From: a virus
Taxonomy: Duplodnaviria; Caudoviricetes
Reading direction: 5' to 3' (one strand)
IMG/VR virus record: IMGVR_UViG_3300025327_000039
Location: 1-52,948 of that record
DNA length: 52,948 bases
Positions 17,101 to 26,066 of this stretch are shown in pieces. How positions within the stretch are numbered: the stretch's first letter is position 1; the number at the start of each line of letters is the position of its first letter. Under the pieces are notes generated by a model. It searched no databases. It saw nothing but the letters and a program-made list of their open reading frames with translations, and had not been told where the DNA came from. The position numbers were made by a program, and so were the translations under genes.

Positions 17101-19730
17101 CCGTTATCGACCAGCTCCGGGCTCTTGCTCAGATGCTCAAGTCCTTGAACCTCGGCGGTCAGTTCGCCAAGCTGAAGAACTTCGCTGTCGACCTGGCAGA
17201 TGGTCTGCTCTCCTTGGGCAAGCCTTCGCACTTGGCGGTCATTGGACTGCACGCTGTGACCTTGGCCTTCGCCGACTTCGTGAAGGGGTTCGTGGGAGCT
17301 GGTGGTAGTGCTCTTGGCAGACGTATAGGGAGAGCACTGAATCCAGCAGCAAGGGCTATCGGTCAGTTTACTGACGACATGGCGCGGATGTTTGGTACCA
17401 GTGCCGACGAGGTAGCTGAGAGTGGACTCAGACGCTGGGCAGCGGCCGCGGGGCGTCTAGGCAAGGGAGTCGTTAGGTTCTTTACGAAGGACTTCACTGA
17501 TCCTCTGGGTGACCTGCTCCGCCTGCGCGTCATCTCCAAGATAGCAAAGGAAGAATCCGACACTCTCATCGAGACGATCCTCAAAAGCATGACTGCTCCC
17601 GGCCGACTGGCGATGGCACCGATTACCACCCCGTTCCGTATCCTCGGCTCCAGCCTGAAGGCTGGCCTGATGCTAGTCATACGGGACATCCCGACCATGC
17701 TGAGGGCCGTGTTCACCAAGCTGAACATAGGTCTGCTGATAGCTGAGATCTTCACTCGCAGCATGATTGAAGCTTTCGTACCGGGTAAGTTCCAAGGACT
17801 GGCCCTGATCGTCTCCGATGTTATCTTCGGAGCCATCAGTGGGGCGTTGGCTGGGGCTGCTGTTGGGTCCGCGGTATTCCCAGGTGTCGGTACCGTCGTA
17901 GGCGCCGTCGCCGGTGCCATAATCGGAGCTATTGCCTCCGTGGCCTTGGACATCTTCCTTGACGACCGTGTGAAGAAAGCATTCACAGAGGGCGTGGGAA
18001 AGCTAGGGAGCTTCTTGAAGGGATTGCTTCCGGCTCAGCTGCGTGAGGCTCTAAGCGGTATCAGCTTGCCCTCTCTGGCACTGCCATCTCTGACTCTGCC
18101 CGATCTGGGTCCTTCGTTGGGTGTACTTTCTGGCTTCCTCGGACCACTGCGTGATTTGGGCGGGGCTACATCTGAACTCTTGTCCTCGTTCGGTGTCTTG
18201 TTCAAGGGAATCAGCGACTTCAGCAAGGGGCCGGTGCTGCCAATCCTGATTGCTGCATTGGGCGGGCTAGCTAGGATCTTCAAGGCAGAGATTCAGCCCG
18301 TACTCGATTTCCACATAGTACTCTTTAGACTACTAGCGAAGACAGTCAACGATGTTGTAGTGATCGCATTCGAAGAGCTGGTAGACTTCCTCTCCAGCTC
18401 ACTGGCCCCGGCCCTGAAAGTTCTTAGGGGACTCTTCAAGGTCGCTATGGCTCCGATCATAGCCCTTGGGGAGGGCCTGGCAGCCATGGTCTCGCTGGTC
18501 GGACACCTGCTCAGTGGTGAGTGGGGAAGGGCTTGGAGAGACTTCGTCCGTCTCGTGACTACTCCCCTACGCATGGTAGAGCGTACGGTCTCGGGGTTCA
18601 TGGATGTCATAACCGGCGTCTTTGAGATAGGGCTCAATAACATCGAGGCAGTCTGGGATATCTTCCGCCGAAGCCTTGTCGCAATAGTTACGAACACTCT
18701 CGATGCGGCTCTTGGCTACTTCAAGGACTTCCCAGGCAAGGTTGTTGGTTACGTGTCTGAGCTGGTTGACGCTGTAATCGACTTCTTCAAGATGCTGGCA
18801 AGGGAGCTGGTGGGTGCCTCCATCATTCCAGACCTGATCGATGATATCGTCGGTTACTTCGCCAAGCTGCCGCAGAAGCTATTGGCTCTGCTAACTACTG
18901 CCATGGGTAAGATCATCTCTGCGATTACCGGCGCCGTGGCCGCAGTCTTCACGGCAGCAGTAACACTAGGAGGAAAGATCGTGTCTGGTCTCGCCTCCGG
19001 TGTAGGCAATCTCCTGACATGGGCTACGGGCAAGGTTGCCGGGCTGATCCAAGGGATGAAGGACAAGTTCACCGATGTCTACAACACAGCGGTAACGCTT
19101 GGAGGCAAGGTGCTGGGCGGATTCAAGTCAGGTCTCGGAGACTTGGGAGCAGTGATTGTCGCGGCTCTGAATGCGGCCAAGGTAGCTGTCATAGGCACGG
19201 CGCGTAAGGTAAGTAGTGTGGTGACTACACTCAGTGGTGTTGGATCCAGTCTAGGGGGTGCTATCGCCAGCGGGTTTGGTAGTGCCGTTAAGTCTATTAA
19301 GAACACCCTGCTAGATGCAGTCATTGGGCTGCTGAAGGTTCTCAACAAGATACCGGGTGGCTTCTTCACCAAGTTTATCTTGGGTGCTATCGGAATCCCC
19401 AACTTGGATACTGCTATCAAGTCGCTTGAGGGGCTGAAGAGCAAGGCACTGGGTGGTCTAGCTGGCGGTCTCATCAAGGTGGGTGAGCAGGGCGAGGAGA
19501 TTGTCGCTGTTCCTACAGGCAGCCGCGTGCTCAGCAATCAGCAGACAAGGGGCCTGATGGGTACTCTTGCCGGCAACACTGGAGCCCAAGCTCCGGTCAC
19601 CTTCGTCAACACCTACCAGATTGGCAACGTTGTAGGCCAGGGTGGGATGAAGCAGCTGGCTGAGATCGTCACCGAGCACCAGATGCGAGTCTTCCGCGGC
19701 ACGTACAGAAGAGGGTTCGTGAGGAGCTAG
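14130..19730 (+). CDS. Tape measure protein
   Basis: 1866 aa, Ala/Leu-rich and helical with hydrophobic segments. C-terminal ALGGLAGGLIKVGEQGEEIV..PTGSRVLSN motif. Confidence 0.9.
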   Translation: MPDFRIGAQVSGLENLRAMAREVLNVNRAFQSAGRQKLAAPAVNISKMTAGLATAAVPVEDFQRRLNRIFATGLVPRGTAEQVRAQTGQIVQSLLQLGNKEAADRVRDLGARLASELDRISTDVEQNAQRMARGLVSMTRGTLTGAGGIVQPLRDMAASVAEEAARLKQSLVPIRTFERELARISAGGQVSPRLAERVNAMVANVQQSLRELGRPDLASAASDLGRNIVRGLERVSPQLRRQSVEIRDSLEEIVDALKQVPADPAIIESLERVRAGLGGFRIDTRAINADAVRKSIESLAQPGETLDAVYRTVSRSIQVLGGELQRLRDEQDAAATAGRQLTDEDRRNVSVLEDQIKSLLSAHQALAPYVNTLSSAEKILRGFNREGRVSSSQISGLGNLARLAEDQFAGVSGEIEQVTADVDLLGNRVERFNRAGTRAFAALRPEVTALRDLLQQVPASISMPEAPQSAQMAEDIAQQLSRIEQSGSVTQGSLEKLSLSLRNLAGVEPELAPALESIASNFDTMAQKLASVSTEVSRRSLPAMQSMGSELAKTAQEAMAAVAPLTQLDNTFKRISRSGRDISSEAVESLRAQAQGLAQERGLPAGVRASLAAQVPILTDTSDLLEAQKNRLREVQMAHRGFASHTGTSAQALLFLQSATQGVMTALALLRGNLMFAGFGLIFMRFTVVRVMLAFTALTFVLGGVMKLWTGFIAGAKGAGAAMQVLRFQMMRQLGSAREVGAFFRAAEVLVRRFGFALDDTTSGLTKMQREGLGPLLANRDLVADFARTFSLSFEQATDTLTSAIGRQRGSLETLGDTMGVIPEIFNKNLDKLNEASRSERAEFVINLLQRYKGAAEDYARTLPGALNRVREAFNGFVRDVTEPFARNVLAPAMNGLANLLNTVSLLVRGLKASEPAQRLWNKFLTNMRTAMQLLVPDTEKFGKTIGVLVVGSLLLALKLAVLLSAALVKLAAFIHLAAGAFRRFLQLIKPVIDQLRALAQMLKSLNLGGQFAKLKNFAVDLADGLLSLGKPSHLAVIGLHAVTLAFADFVKGFVGAGGSALGRRIGRALNPAARAIGQFTDDMARMFGTSADEVAESGLRRWAAAAGRLGKGVVRFFTKDFTDPLGDLLRLRVISKIAKEESDTLIETILKSMTAPGRLAMAPITTPFRILGSSLKAGLMLVIRDIPTMLRAVFTKLNIGLLIAEIFTRSMIEAFVPGKFQGLALIVSDVIFGAISGALAGAAVGSAVFPGVGTVVGAVAGAIIGAIASVALDIFLDDRVKKAFTEGVGKLGSFLKGLLPAQLREALSGISLPSLALPSLTLPDLGPSLGVLSGFLGPLRDLGGATSELLSSFGVLFKGISDFSKGPVLPILIAALGGLARIFKAEIQPVLDFHIVLFRLLAKTVNDVVVIAFEELVDFLSSSLAPALKVLRGLFKVAMAPIIALGEGLAAMVSLVGHLLSGEWGRAWRDFVRLVTTPLRMVERTVSGFMDVITGVFEIGLNNIEAVWDIFRRSLVAIVTNTLDAALGYFKDFPGKVVGYVSELVDAVIDFFKMLARELVGASIIPDLIDDIVGYFAKLPQKLLALLTTAMGKIISAITGAVAAVFTAAVTLGGKIVSGLASGVGNLLTWATGKVAGLIQGMKDKFTDVYNTAVTLGGKVLGGFKSGLGDLGAVIVAALNAAKVAVIGTARKVSSVVTTLSGVGSSLGGAIASGFGSAVKSIKNTLLDAVIGLLKVLNKIPGGFFTKFILGAIGIPNLDTAIKSLEGLKSKALGGLAGGLIKVGEQGEEIVAVPTGSRVLSNQQTRGLMGTLAGNTGAQAPVTFVNTYQIGNVVGQGGMKQLAEIVTEHQMRVFRGTYRRGFVRS

Positions 19731-19856
19731 TTGATGCTACCCAGACGAGCTGAGTGCGACGATACGGGCGTCTTTATCACAGCCGATAGGTGGAGTGGCC
19801 CTCTGTTGTCCTACGGCCCTCTGGTGGCCTCTACAGGCCTCAAGGAGTTTCCTTAA

Positions 19857-21251
19857 TTGCCTGTCACGATTACCATCGATGGGGTGGATCAAACCTTGAG
19901 GGTGCGGATGGAGACTATTGAGATCCGAGACTCCATCCCTGCCCGTATGGATACGGCTCAGTTCGATATGATCATCCTCTCTGCAGATATAGCCAATCGG
20001 CCGGTGTCTGGCAACGAGGTCTCCATTGACGTCGACGGCTCCATTGAGTTCGCAGGAGAGGTGACAACAGCCCAAGAGGTTCGTCTCATCAACCCTGATG
20101 CTTATCTTTACCAGATAACCTGCAACGATTGGAGCAGACGGCTCGACAGACAGCTTGTCGTAATCCAAGAGATTGGCCCCAGCTTGGCCGGCGACATCGT
20201 CAAAGAGGTGCTTGGCGACTTCGCACCAGAGTTCGCCGTGGATCTAACACAGATACAAGACGGGGTGCTGATCCCGGAGCAGCAGTATGACTACTCGACC
20301 GTGTCATCCATCCTAGACCAGCTGGCCACTCTCAGCGGCTACGTCTGGTACATCGATGTGGACAAAGTCCTGCATTTCATCCCTCCTCCAGACTTCATCT
20401 CTCCCCTGACTGGTAATCAGTACGATGTGGACACCGACCTGCAGCTAGGAGACATGGCGTGGCAGGAAGATGCCAGCCAAGTCAAGAACAGGATCTTCCT
20501 CAAGGATGGGGTTGTACCGGACGCGGACAGCAGGCAGGACACCTTTATCAGTGACGGTGTCGCCTCGTTCTTCTCCCTCTTCCAAGAGCCTGAGGGCGTA
20601 GGGACCACCAGTGTTGTCTCCAAGAAGCCTGATGGTAGCACCAAGATGTGGAACCCCGCTCTTGACCCTCTGGACGCGGCTGAGGGCACTCTGCGTGGGG
20701 ATCCAGACACAGTTTACGTTTGTTTGCTCAACGTTGGTATCAGATTTCCTCTCGACTCAGAGGACAAGGTCGTGCTCGAACCCAACGAGATCATCGAGGT
20801 GACCACCAAGCCTATGCGCGAGGACATCGTCTTCATGGTTGAGGACATCGACAGCCAGAAGATGATGGCGGACAGGGAGGGCCTGACATGGGGTCAAGGC
20901 ACCGCCGGCATATACGAACACATGGAATCCTTGGATGGTGCCAGGCTCGGTAGCCAAGAGTCAGCTGAGGCCTATGGGCTGATACTACTGACACAGACAG
21001 CTTGGCCTGAGGTTACAGGCACATTTCGCACGCAGCAACTGAAGGGTTGGAAAGCTGGACAGACCTTTGACCTGAAGTCATCCAAGCGTGATCTCTTCGA
21101 TGCAGAGACATTCTGGAAGACAGCAGTGAAGGTGGACATACCAGTCTGGGTACAGCAAGTAACCAAGCAGGTTCTCCCAGCCGAGGATCAGCCAGACGGT
21201 GTTGTCTTCGAGACTATCGTTGAGTTTGCCAACAGGGCAATTATGGGATAG
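19857..21251 (+). CDS. Tail tip / baseplate hub protein
   Basis: AAGGAG SD with TTG start, follows the TMP. LATLSGYVWYIDVDKVLHF and DASQVKNRIFLKDG hub-like motifs. Confidence 0.65.
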   Translation: MPVTITIDGVDQTLRVRMETIEIRDSIPARMDTAQFDMIILSADIANRPVSGNEVSIDVDGSIEFAGEVTTAQEVRLINPDAYLYQITCNDWSRRLDRQLVVIQEIGPSLAGDIVKEVLGDFAPEFAVDLTQIQDGVLIPEQQYDYSTVSSILDQLATLSGYVWYIDVDKVLHFIPPPDFISPLTGNQYDVDTDLQLGDMAWQEDASQVKNRIFLKDGVVPDADSRQDTFISDGVASFFSLFQEPEGVGTTSVVSKKPDGSTKMWNPALDPLDAAEGTLRGDPDTVYVCLLNVGIRFPLDSEDKVVLEPNEIIEVTTKPMREDIVFMVEDIDSQKMMADREGLTWGQGTAGIYEHMESLDGARLGSQESAEAYGLILLTQTAWPEVTGTFRTQQLKGWKAGQTFDLKSSKRDLFDAETFWKTAVKVDIPVWVQQVTKQVLPAEDQPDGVVFETIVEFANRAIMG

Positions 21252-21258
21252 GTGAACT

Positions 21259-21510
21259 ATGTCTCTTCGTGGTACTTCCGAACTGACAAGAATTCTGAGA
21301 GAGCTGTTTGATCGTCATAACCGGACCTTCAAACGCTCTCCTCACTCCACGACTGTGCGTATTAGGGACTTGCCAGAGCAGCCGCCTACAGCTGACAGGG
21401 TTGTGATGGATGACACCCAGCCCTCCTTGACGCCGAAGTGGGGTGCTGTAACTACATGGTCAAGAGTCTCCAACAACGTTCTCTGGGGAGAAGGTGCCAA
21501 ATGGCAATAA
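21259..21510 (+). CDS. Small tail-associated hypothetical protein
   Basis: In operon, W-G-rich C-terminus, overlaps the next start. Confidence 0.5.
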   Translation: MSLRGTSELTRILRELFDRHNRTFKRSPHSTTVRIRDLPEQPPTADRVVMDDTQPSLTPKWGAVTTWSRVSNNVLWGEGAKWQ

Positions 21511-23090
21511 CGGATCAGATAGCTCTCTCTCGTCCCCGCGGCACCATAGAACTGGAGCTGGAGGAGGTTACTGCGGGGGGACTGATTCTACGTACGACCA
21601 GAGTGCTAGACAACGTGGTGACATACGCCTTCCGCAACGAGATATCCAAGTGGCTGGCAGGGCAGAGTTCCGTACTGCCTGGCTTCTTGGCTATCGGTGC
21701 CGGCCAAGAGGCTGCCAGCGTGAACCAGAAGACAGTGACTGAGATGGTGGACGAGTTCTTCCGGAAGGATCTGGCTACGTCCCCACAGGTACTGTCCGAT
21801 GGGACTCGGTACCGAGCAGTGTTTGGTGCGGCTGAGATCGCAGGGGATATTGAAGAGGTCATGCTCTTCAGTGCCGATGCAGTTGTTGTAATCCTTGACG
21901 CTCTCGATGCAATAACTGGTTGGAGCACCGGCGCCGGTCAAACCTTATCTGTGGAGACTTCGGACAGGATGCAGGGGACGGGCAGCTTGGAGTCTGCTAG
22001 CTCAGGAGCTGGACCAGCTGATCTGACTTTCAAGAAGACCACGCTCTCTGCCGATATCTCCTTGGCTGACACGGCTCTGCAGGTCTGGTTCTATGTCGAT
22101 GACAAGACCAAGCTCTCTGGGAATATTGCCATACAGCTATCGTCCAGCATCACGACCGGACAGCACCAGTGGGCATGGACGGTGGCAGCTTCCGGCTTGG
22201 TGAATGGTTGGAACTACTTCGATCTAGATCTGACAGCGGCCACAATCACCGGTAGCCCGGACAAGACCGCCATCGTTCGCTTCGAGCTATCTGTCACGAA
22301 GACTCACCCCGTCACTGTTCGCATCGATAACCTGCGAACCTTCAAACCGGCAGGGACAGGTCTCGCCCGGGCAGAGCTGACACCTGCCTTTACGAAGCAG
22401 ATAGGTAGTGTGCTCAACATCACGTGGACCATACGTCCAGACTACGAATCCAAGATCAATACGTTCTTGTGGGAGGGGGATGACGATCAGGCAGTAAGCG
22501 CCGACGTGACAGCTCAACTAGCCGAGACCGGCGCTGGCACATTCCCTGCGGTAACAAGCCATCCGTGGACCTACACCTCAATGTGGCTCCCAGCAGCTTC
22601 TGGCTACATGACTGGTGGTCTGTTGGCGTTGGACTCGCAGGCCGGGTGTATCGCTGTCTGGGCTCGATTTGGGGCAGTGGAACCATCCAATGGAGCGCTG
22701 GTCTTCGACTGGCGCCAAGACGGCAGTAACACTATCAGCTTGTATTGGGATAGTGCTAGCAATCTATGGACTGCGGTGTATACGCGTAGTGGTGTGACAG
22801 TGACTAGGACAGCTGGTGACACACCGACGAACAATGACTACGCCTTCTTGGTTGTTGGCTGGGATGTCAATGGCCTTGGTCTCAGTCTTAATGGTGCTGC
22901 GATGTCCAAGGTTGCGATCGCCACTCTCATCAGTGCCATAACTGCTCAACCCACATGGGGAGGGGGGAGCGGTCTCGTAACTACAAATGCCAAGCTAGGA
23001 CCTGCCTTGGCATTCAGCAGAGTCCTGTCTGATGCTGAGATCGCAGCACTCTACGCCTTGGGTAGATTCTACGTATATGGAGAGGACTAG
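21501..23090 (+). CDS. Tail/baseplate protein with carbohydrate-binding-like and C-terminal LamG/ConA-like domain
   Basis: N-terminal DNVVT..FLAIGAG..EFFRK..IEEVMLF. C-terminal FSRVLSDAEIAALY is a LamG ending. Confidence 0.6.
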   Translation: MAITDQIALSRPRGTIELELEEVTAGGLILRTTRVLDNVVTYAFRNEISKWLAGQSSVLPGFLAIGAGQEAASVNQKTVTEMVDEFFRKDLATSPQVLSDGTRYRAVFGAAEIAGDIEEVMLFSADAVVVILDALDAITGWSTGAGQTLSVETSDRMQGTGSLESASSGAGPADLTFKKTTLSADISLADTALQVWFYVDDKTKLSGNIAIQLSSSITTGQHQWAWTVAASGLVNGWNYFDLDLTAATITGSPDKTAIVRFELSVTKTHPVTVRIDNLRTFKPAGTGLARAELTPAFTKQIGSVLNITWTIRPDYESKINTFLWEGDDDQAVSADVTAQLAETGAGTFPAVTSHPWTYTSMWLPAASGYMTGGLLALDSQAGCIAVWARFGAVEPSNGALVFDWRQDGSNTISLYWDSASNLWTAVYTRSGVTVTRTAGDTPTNNDYAFLVVGWDVNGLGLSLNGAAMSKVAIATLISAITAQPTWGGGSGLVTTNAKLGPALAFSRVLSDAEIAALYALGRFYVYGED

Positions 23091-23101
23091 GGAGAGATCA
23101 G

Positions 23102-24091
23102 ATGCCACCAATCAGCAGTCCAGTCAGCGCTGGCGACAATATCCTAGACAGCCAATACAACAACCTCCGTGCCGACGTCCTGAATGTCTCTACAGGTCAC
23201 AGACACGGCGGCGCGGCCGAGGATGGCAGGCTGATCCCTCCGGCTAGTATCTCTCCGCAGGGTGCTGCCAGTGGCTTGGATGCGGATAAGTTCGAGGGTA
23301 AGCAGTTCACTGAGCTGTTTGCTCAAGGCACATATGCGTCCATGCTAGCCTCTTCTCCTGCCCTGGCAGGTCTGCGGTGGTACACGACTGACCTAGGTGC
23401 CGAGTTTCTCTGGGACGGTAGTAAGTGGCGCCTTATAGGGCACAACCCGGAGGCATGTGAGCACTTCTTCGATGACTTCCTTGGTCCTTCTCCTCTATTG
23501 CAAGGAGGTTCCGATGCTGGCAGTGGGGGGCAATCCGGTTGGCGCTGGATCACAAGTCTTGGTGGCACGTTTGACATTGGAGATACGAGTAGGTCGCAGG
23601 CATCTCTCGTCACTAGTGCCGGTTCTGGTGGCTCTATTTTCGTCAGAACCAGCAACTTCTATGCCATTGGGGCCGCTAATGTCCCGGCTCTTATCCGGGC
23701 AAGGAGCATACAAATCAATGCCACAAGCTCTACGTGGGCCTACACCGGGCTGGTGGACACGTATCCGGGAGGGGCGGTTAAGCCTACCTCCGGTATCTTC
23801 TTCTTTGCTGATGGCCAAACAGACGGCAACTGGCACGCTATAACACGATCCGGTGGTGCCGATCTCGTCAATACTGATACAGGGATTGTCTTCACTGGGG
23901 TGAACCTCTTGTCGATAGAGATCATGTCGACAACAGAAGTCAAGTTCTACATCGATGATGTTCTCAAGGCAACCCACTCGGTCACCCTACCTACGAGTAA
24001 CTTGGGATTCACGCTGCGTCTGACGAATCAGGGTTCGGCTAACAGATCGTGGCTCGTTGATTGGGTCGGGTTCTGGGGCGCTAGGGGATAG
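23102..24091 (+). CDS. Tail fibre/receptor-binding-like protein
   Basis: VSAGDNI..QYNNLRAD..GHRH N-terminus, SGLDADK motif, and a lectin-like C-terminus (FFDDF..VKFYIDDVLKATH). Confidence 0.6.
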   Translation: MPPISSPVSAGDNILDSQYNNLRADVLNVSTGHRHGGAAEDGRLIPPASISPQGAASGLDADKFEGKQFTELFAQGTYASMLASSPALAGLRWYTTDLGAEFLWDGSKWRLIGHNPEACEHFFDDFLGPSPLLQGGSDAGSGGQSGWRWITSLGGTFDIGDTSRSQASLVTSAGSGGSIFVRTSNFYAIGAANVPALIRARSIQINATSSTWAYTGLVDTYPGGAVKPTSGIFFFADGQTDGNWHAITRSGGADLVNTDTGIVFTGVNLLSIEIMSTTEVKFYIDDVLKATHSVTLPTSNLGFTLRLTNQGSANRSWLVDWVGFWGARG

Positions 24092-24094
24092 ATA

Positions 24095-26065
24095 GTGGCC
24101 GTCTGGCTGGTACCAATATCGGCAGCTCCTCCGACGGAGTCCACCACGATCATCGAGAAGGTGGATCAGCTTCTCGTGATCGACCCGGATAACCCTGGTG
24201 GATTTGTCTGGGTTGTTGTTAGGAATGACATTGTTCTTGACAACTATCTCCATCCCGGCCACGGAAGCGGTTATGTTGCAGTAATCACAGAGTCCGGATT
24301 ACCAGCAACTGGATACACGTTTGATTACCTTACCGGACGGGTGACATTTACTGCTCAAAAGGGCACTGAGGACATCCTTCGCATTGTGGCCTATCGTCCT
24401 GCATTTTTGCCTGGTGGCGGTGTACCCCTAGTAGGCCACACTCTTGCTTCACACACAGACACAGGTGCTGGTGGGGGTCAGTTGGACGAGCTGGTAAGTG
24501 GAGGTGCAACTACCCTACACAGCCACCCTGGCGATCCTGGTAATGATCTTGATGCTATCCATGTTGACGTAGCGGGGGAGATTGCGGCTATTGCCGAGAA
24601 GGTGACGCCTGTCGCTGCGGACTTGGTTGTCGTCGAGGACTCAGCGGCGGGGAACGTCAAGAAGCGGGTGCAAGTCGGGAATCTTCCTGGCGGCGCCGGC
24701 GGCATCACCGAACTGTATACGAAGCAGTCTGTCCAGAATATCACGGCAGCTTCGGATACCATTACAGTTACGGATGGTTCGCCCTATCGTCTCCTCTCGG
24801 CCAATGCAGCCTATACTCTCACTTCCCAACCAACTATTGCTGCGGGGCGCGACGGCCAAGCAGCATTCCTTAAAAATGTAGGCTCATTCAATATCACCCT
24901 GCAGGATGTCAATGCTCTCGGCGGATCCCTACTTCGTCTGACAGCAAACACTCTGACTATCCAGCCAGGTGGGACGATGAAGCTGATTTACGATGCGACG
25001 ATAGGGTTCTGGATCGAGCAGTACCTTCTCAATCCGCAGACTTTCACACCTTCGATTTCTGGTTATACAGTCGACGGTTTCTCGTCGGCTACACATGAGG
25101 TGGGCGGAGCGAGCGAGCTCGAGACCGCTCCCACACTACATGACCATGCATTAACTTATGTGGGAACACCATCAGCTTGCTCTATTGACATCAGTGGGGG
25201 AGAGGTAAGCGGAGCAGACTACCCTATCTCTCTTGTCACCCCATTTCTTGCGTATGCCGATTCTCCGAACTTCTATCGTGGTACGACAGTTGGCAGCACT
25301 AGGATCTTCACAGCAACTGCAACGGTGGCGGGGCAGGGAGGATTGCAACGAACAGTTACTATCACCTACAATCAGCGTCGTTACATGGGGCCCAATGCAC
25401 AGGCAACGCTGCTATCCGTGGCGCAGGTTCGAGCCTTGGATGGGGCGGGTGGGGTTTCGGATCTTACTAATAGCAGATCCGGCAGCTTTGCAGTAACGAT
25501 AGGTGCCGGCGAGTACTGCTGGTTTGCCTACCGTGAGGCAGTGACCGGTACCCTATACTTTGCCATCGCCTCTGAGATAGTAGCTTTCAATGATCTATCT
25601 ACTCTTGCAGGATTCACCAACGATTTTAATGGTCCTGCAGGGGGTGAGACATTCCACGAGTGGCGTTCTGCCAATCAAAATCTAGGCGCTGTAACAGTAG
25701 TTACCCAGACGTCACAGCCTAACAATCGCATCTACATGGGACCGCACACAGGAGCGGACATCACCGATGCGCAGATACTGACTCTTGACGATACGGTGGA
25801 TGGGGAGTCTGTTGTCTCATCGAGCGTGGCAAGGACATACACAGCCATCAAGATTGAGGCTGGGGAATACCTCTGGTTCTGCCATCCAGATCGCGTCCCA
25901 GACTTGGCGACTATCAAGGATGACGCGACTGGTTTTGGTATTGATGGAGCCTACCAGTCTGATATTGTGCATACTAACCAGTGGGGATACCAAGAGACCT
26001 ATCGGCGCTGGCGCTCCACGAACACTGGCATCTTCCCATCGGGGACGAATATCACGGTAACGTAA
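24095..26065 (+). CDS. Tail fibre-associated structural protein with duplicated C-terminal domain
   Basis: DLVVVEDSAAGNVKKRV fibre motif. Two copies of YMGP...GEYxWF...ETxxxWRSxN at ~25370-25720 and ~25721-26062. Confidence 0.6.
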   Translation: MAVWLVPISAAPPTESTTIIEKVDQLLVIDPDNPGGFVWVVVRNDIVLDNYLHPGHGSGYVAVITESGLPATGYTFDYLTGRVTFTAQKGTEDILRIVAYRPAFLPGGGVPLVGHTLASHTDTGAGGGQLDELVSGGATTLHSHPGDPGNDLDAIHVDVAGEIAAIAEKVTPVAADLVVVEDSAAGNVKKRVQVGNLPGGAGGITELYTKQSVQNITAASDTITVTDGSPYRLLSANAAYTLTSQPTIAAGRDGQAAFLKNVGSFNITLQDVNALGGSLLRLTANTLTIQPGGTMKLIYDATIGFWIEQYLLNPQTFTPSISGYTVDGFSSATHEVGGASELETAPTLHDHALTYVGTPSACSIDISGGEVSGADYPISLVTPFLAYADSPNFYRGTTVGSTRIFTATATVAGQGGLQRTVTITYNQRRYMGPNAQATLLSVAQVRALDGAGGVSDLTNSRSGSFAVTIGAGEYCWFAYREAVTGTLYFAIASEIVAFNDLSTLAGFTNDFNGPAGGETFHEWRSANQNLGAVTVVTQTSQPNNRIYMGPHTGADITDAQILTLDDTVDGESVVSSSVARTYTAIKIEAGEYLWFCHPDRVPDLATIKDDATGFGIDGAYQSDIVHTNQWGYQETYRRWRSTNTGIFPSGTNITVT

Positions 26066-26066
26066 C

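Noticed and set aside
19731-19856. Small ORF between tape measure and hub (GGCCCTCTG repeated)
   Set aside because: About 40 codons with no recognisable features, and the short repeats are too weak to interpret.
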